A DNA stretch of 64,000 bases from Podarcis cretensis (taxonomy: Eukaryota). Below, piece after piece: positions 58,436 through 64,000 of the stretch. The stretch lies in NCBI GenBank assembly GCA_951804945.1, contig OX638155.1, positions 31,000,001 through 31,064,000 on the forward strand, in the 5' to 3' direction. Within the stretch, counting starts at the first letter, position 1. Every line of letters begins with the position of its first letter. A program made the position numbers and the translations under genes. The notes below the pieces were generated by a model that was not told the DNA's origin, made no database searches, and was given only the letters and a program-made list of their open reading frames with translations.

Positions 58436-61400
58436 AATTATGGAAATATGTTTGTGGTGAATTTTAATATAAGCACGTGGTCTTACAAGAATCTACAAAT
58501 TCTCTGTTAGTAGGATATACGTCTTATATTTACAGTTAACAAATGCTGATCAATGTAAATTAAATGCATCTGTTATTGTGCTAATAACAGGGTGCCTGAA
58601 CTTCAAAACCCAGAGGGCTAAACACCGTTGTCTGGAGCATTTGAATACACTTTACCTTGCAGTCATATGTAATAAACCAGGGACAATAATGTCTTTATTA
58701 AAATAGTTACTGCCAAGTAACTGGCAGCTAGTGAAAGATAAACAATTGCAGGTACCTTGATTAACAGTCTCAGCTTGGTTTATAAAAGATTCTTCTTCTT
58801 TGCGGTCTGCAGTCCCGCATGCAGGTCCTCATCTTCACAGAACCCTTCAAGAGTTCCAGTCAGGAGGTTTATGCTCATTCTCCCCTTTCCTGCTATCTTA
58901 AGGCTAGTAGGTCTTTAGGTTTATATACATGCCTCAAAAAAAAAAACACTGGATAAGCACCTTTCAATTAGGTTTTTCCAACAGCTTTCATTATCACCAT
59001 CTAGCAAACTATTCTCCATTGTTTTCTCTTGCCCTAATCCTCTGCTGCAGGGGCCAAAGTCCTCAAGACAACAAAGAACATTTTGTCCCACGTATTTTGC
59101 TTTTATCCTAGCAGTCCTCAGGGATGGGTTTCTAGCATGTTTGGTAGCCTAAAGAAAAATAACATAAGTGGCTGAACACATTTACTCCTTTTTGGAAAGG
59201 GATGTGGGAGGCAAGAGGTCAAGGAGCAGTTGTCAGTTGTGGGCAATTTACTTTGTGACGTAGAACCTGCTTTTGCAATATGCACAACTCCATGTCTGGC
59301 TGACTTTTTTGTATATGCTTGGGGGCAGGTAAAAAAAACTCGTAACCTTTCCATTCTGCTGTTCCTGAGACCTTTTCAAGCATGGTGTCTCAAGAGTAAT
59401 GCAACTAAACTATTAGTCTATGAACCAAGGGTCTAGAAACAAAGATGAATTTATGAAGCACCTTTTAAAATAACATATGACCATAATAAATTTATCAGCC
59501 CCAGCAGTCAGTAATTAGCAGCTTTCACTGAAAAAATGTGGGTTTTTAAAGCCTAAAATATGTAATACTCAACTATGAGCGACAAAGCAACTTGATAAAT
59601 GCAACATAAAGACACATACCCAAAGTATAAAAAAGCAATCATGTAGGCAGTTTAATTGCTGGCTTAATTAATCTTTATAATATCTAGTAACACAAGTACT
59701 GCAGTATTCATTACTAAAATAGTTGATCAAAGCAGTTTGTGTCCTTTGTGCTCTACAACTGATAATACCGCTGTTGCTGCTACACCTCTGTCTCTCAGCT
59801 TAACTAAAAGTGTAGAAATGTACCCTTCAATTGATGGAACTGTGTGCAAAATATACCTTACAAGTCAAATGCAACACAGAAGGGTAGTGCAAACATACAA
59901 GTCAAAATCCACAATCCTTGAACTGGTGATAACCTTATTCACATCCAAATGGACTGTGACTTCCACTAGTCACAGCTCCACTCCATGATTTTCCACATGG
60001 TTCACTGTTCTGGGCCTGAGTACTCTGCAGGTAGTCAATTCTGCTATCCCTTGCTGTTGGAAGTAACTGAATGATCTTATCACACCAGAAGCAGAGATGC
60101 TATCCCCAATTGATATCAGCTTTAATTAAGCTAGGATAAACTACAGTAGCACATAATTCAGCAATTCTGTGTGGAGCTACCTCTTACTACTTGATTCATA
60201 GAGCTTAATTGATTCGTCAGCCCAGCAGTTCTCTCAGAGGGACTGAATTAGTGCTAAGTTATAATTAATGAAGACAGGCACCTAAAGCTAAACCAAACCA
60301 TGAACACAGCTTGTGGTCTGAATGACATACCACACCCAAAGCATGCATTAGCAGGGTGTGGGAGAAGCAGAGAAGTGCAGTGGCCAAGATCTCTTCAAGA
60401 AACCCATGCTAAACTAGTTCAGCTTAGCATTGCCTGCCAACTGGCTCATAGGTTCTGTTAGTTCTAAGGAATAGGATATTTGTCATAAAACAAGCGGGTG
60501 TGGTAACTCTCCCAATCCATCAGTGCTCTCCTATAAGTAGGCCTTCCTCAACATGCATTTATGTTCAGTGCTGCAAACCGTAGCAGCAAGACTACTTGCA
60601 GATTTTTCAGCCTAAAAATTAATTCATTCAGAAATTCAGAAATCGAGACGAGTTAAGGAAGCAGCCGTGGCACAAACTTTAAACCCTTCCAGAAATGTAT
60701 TTTAGGAGAAATGTTAAGTACTTACTCCTGTATGATTTCCCCTCCAAGAGGCTCTCGCACAGTCATCTTTATTTGAACACAGGACTTCTCAAAATTCCTG
60801 TGAGGCGAGAAATAATATTTCTTTGCTGCTCCCTATTGAACAGCAGCCCTTCCCTCTTTAACTGTTTGTCTAATTCGAAGAATATTTCTGATACTCTGTT
60901 ACATTTGGAAAGTCACCACTGTAGCCATATGATCTGTCAAGTTTGAGATCCCTGCTTATGTACATGGACAAGAATCTGAATCTCACGACATCATTGTACA
61001 CCAGTTCCAAAACTAAACCAATGGCTCAGTTGTGAACTTCCTTAAAGTGAGATACTGCAATAACTTGAAAACACCAGTGTATGTTATAATAATTACATTT
61101 TAAAAAGACATGTTTTTTTTTAAAAAAATCAGCAATATCCCATTACAATAAGTTAGTTCCTTATCAAGTGACCAGAAACAAATTAATAGAAACATTGTGT
61201 TCTGGTTACATAGTATTTGATCTTAAGGGAACAGAAGATTAAGGGAGAATGGTAATACTTTTTAAAGTTTGCCAAGCCATAAAAACTTGATACCAATGTG
61301 CTATTCAGCTAATATTCTATTTGTAAAAATAAATCATGCAAAATATGCTTTGTTCAATAAGGATAATTTAAATTATCTAGGCACACAACCAGATAAAGTG

Positions 61401-62311
61401 AAAGTGCACCTATTTATATTTGCTTTTTCAAAGATCACACAGATTCTCTATTGCTTTAGCGATAGTGTTACTGGCTATTTTTAAAAAAATTATTTTGTTA
61501 TAAAATGGTGCAAAAGGCTATGCATAAACTTCCTTTTGCTCGTATCTCAAATTTACTGTGGTTCTCATTAAACAAATCTGAAGTTTGTTTTTCTCCTTTT
61601 TGCACTAGTTTAAGTTTTCTGTGCTCTTACAAAGGGGGAGGGGGACGAGAGAGAAATCAAACTTTTCCTTATCCTAAGCAGTGATTAACATGTAATTTGC
61701 ATCTATTCCCTATAGTAATACTGCCAGAACTCCAATATATACCAGTTTACCAATACCAGAATTATCTGCCTTCCATGATATAGCACATATTCAGTTACTG
61801 GATTTGTGTTCAAGATCTCTTCATCATGCAAGACACACAAGATGTTTAAAGAAAACCTTTGAGTATTAAAATACAATGTTTGCATGAGAAATTCATGATA
61901 AGGCTTTTATAAAGTGGCAACTCAAGTCTGCCTCCATAGCATTATATAACTTCTAGCAATTTGCCGCAAACACTATAATCCCTTTGGTTATCTCCTGCAA
62001 CAGTTTTGAGTGTTCATGAAAAATAAGTCTCTCTTTTGCTATAGGACCCTCACTGTAGAACTAGCATTTCTCATACACTAGAAGACACTCTGACCATAGG
62101 CTGCCAATAGCTTTTGAAGATAACTAATTCTCTTGATCAGTTCAAATACTCTCAAATTATATCAGTGCCATTTTCTCCAATGTTTATGGCACTGCTGGAA
62201 TTTAAAAAAAAGTTCAGTGTCATCATTGGCACTGTTCTGGAGTGACAGATTCAGAAATCCACCAGATGTCATCAGCACATTTGAACAGTAGAATCCTGGC
62301 TTCCTTGTGTA

Positions 62312-63514
62312 TCATCTGACACCGTTTCGTTTTACCACAATTGTTCCTGCTACAATATCATAGGCTGTTCGGTTATGCTGAAAGAACAGCAGGGTAATGA
62401 ATGCAGGAAAAAAGGAAGCAATAGAAAAATTCTTGATCAAAGCTCGTATTGTAGATCTGGAAAGAAAAGAAATTATATGTCATCTCTGCAGTTTGTTCTG
62501 TAAATAAGTTATTTTGACAAGAGTTATACAACTGCTAAAAAAACCACAAAAACCAACCCCACTCTCAGAATAATTTCCCATATCTGAGAACTGATACACA
62601 TCAGCTTTCATTTAAGACAAAATTTTCTATTGTTACTTTCAGAATCAAGGATATTAGTCCTAGTTTGAAGAATCCACTCTTAACATAGCCACACCAAAGC
62701 CATGTTCCCCCTCCACAGCTGGTGTACTGCTGCACAACTTGTATTTTGTGTTTTACTAACATACTTCTTCCATTCATTAAATATTCAAACACCGTTTCTC
62801 CAGGAAAAGCAACCAGAGATCATTAGTAAAGGATTCAATATTATAATGCCTTTATACAAAGACAAGCATTGTCGCACCATAGAATACCTTGTACAGTTCT
62901 GATTGTTGTACCTCATAAGGATAAACATCAGAACAGTAATTCAGGGAGTTATAAATAACCAAGCTTTCTTCCTCATAAATTGTTAGCTGACAATGAAGGG
63001 AACAATCCTAAACACAAGAAGCTGGCATAAAGAAAGCCAGTGTAAGTAAAGCTGATCCAAAGTTACACTGGATCCAAACCCCGTTCAGCCGCAGGGATAC
63101 TGCTACTCTGCCAAAGCCTGGTAAATGTCTTTATAGTGCTTGTTTTCAATGCCAGCTGTCTCTATTGTTGGCTTATTTTGTTAAAAAATCTTACTGTATA
63201 AAGTTTAATTAGGCTGTAAGCCACCTTAAAATTGAAGTGGAGGTGGGCAAAAGACCTTATCGCAAGGCTCTATTCAATGAAGGAAAAAATAACTATTTAT
63301 TCAATGTAACTAGAAAAAACTGATGAACCACTACTTGTACCAACATAATAGTGATACAAAAAAAGTTAACTTACGTTGTCATGCTCACATTAGAAGATGG
63401 AATCACTAACACGCGACTTGGTGCAATAAGTACAGATGTGTCGCATGTCACAACTCGAAGCCCAAGCAGAAATTTCCCTGGGGTTGCTCCACCTGCTCCC
63501 CAAATGCAAATAAT
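62312..63514 (-). CDS. FAM8A1: FAM8A1, last two coding exons (RDD-domain C-terminus; gene continues right of the window)
   Basis: Exon 63514-63375 reads IICIWGAGGATPGKFLLGLRVVTCDTSVLIAPSRVLVIPSSNVSMT and exon 62456-62312 reads (T)STIRALIKNFSIASFFPAFITLLFFQHNRTAYDIVAGTIVVKRNGVR*. Splice sites are canonical and the gene is tail-to-tail with NUP153, as in mammals. Confidence 0.95.
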
Positions 63515-64000
63515 CTGAAAATAAATGCCATTTCAAATTTTGTCGCCAGGAAACAATATTTTACCTTGCACAACCTTCCAAATGCAAACACTTTAAAAAT
63601 GAACCTAACTTGATGAAACCAGAAGAACTTCAAAACAGGTTTTGTAATTGGGGATATAACTGGAGAGGGAGGGATAACCTGCTCCCTGTCCTGGGCAACT
63701 CAATAACCCTAGAGACTATGCAGATAGTGGCTTCTGCTTCTTGGTCACACTAGAATGTAACATAAAATAGGAATTCATTTTGTATATCAGTGACTTTTCC
63801 AAAAGTTCTCATTATCTATGTTGAGTTTAAGCTCACTAAGGATTAAGACATATATTCTCACTATTCACTACTGAACATGTACTTAAGGCTTAGATACCTC
63901 ATAGAAGCAGACTAGCAATCTGTAGACAAGGGCCACTATCATCATTTTCTGTAAATCTTCCATGGAAGTGTCTTCATCTATTTCCTCTATGATGTAATGC

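Overview
Vertebrate genomic DNA. The repeat content (CR1, L1, L2, hAT and Mariner MITEs, Penelope-like remnants, a tRNA/CR1 SINE) suggests a squamate, probably a lacertid lizard; this is inference. Gene order: PAK1IP1 exon 1 (- strand, 762..700), head-to-head across a CpG-island promoter with a C6orf52/TRNAU1AP-like gene (+, CDS about 4453..12857) that keeps one RRM and has repeat-expanded low-complexity segments. Next come a complete 22-exon NUP153 (+, 14788..57449, about 1477 aa by my exon count) and the last two coding exons of FAM8A1 (-, 63514..62312). Most notable: (1) a 750-bp hAT element with TIRs and an 8-bp TSD (11176..11925) that has captured a genomic copy of sepiapterin reductase (SPR) exon 1 with its splice donor, a Pack-TE-like gene capture now decaying by CpG deamination; (2) two minimal hammerhead-ribozyme motifs in Penelope-like remnants (13507..13544, 36175..36214); (3) a C6orf52 architecture intermediate between TRNAU1AP and the RRM-less human protein; (4) C6orf52 adjacent to NUP153, unlike the human gene order. 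All homology calls are by eye from remembered sequences; no searches were run.
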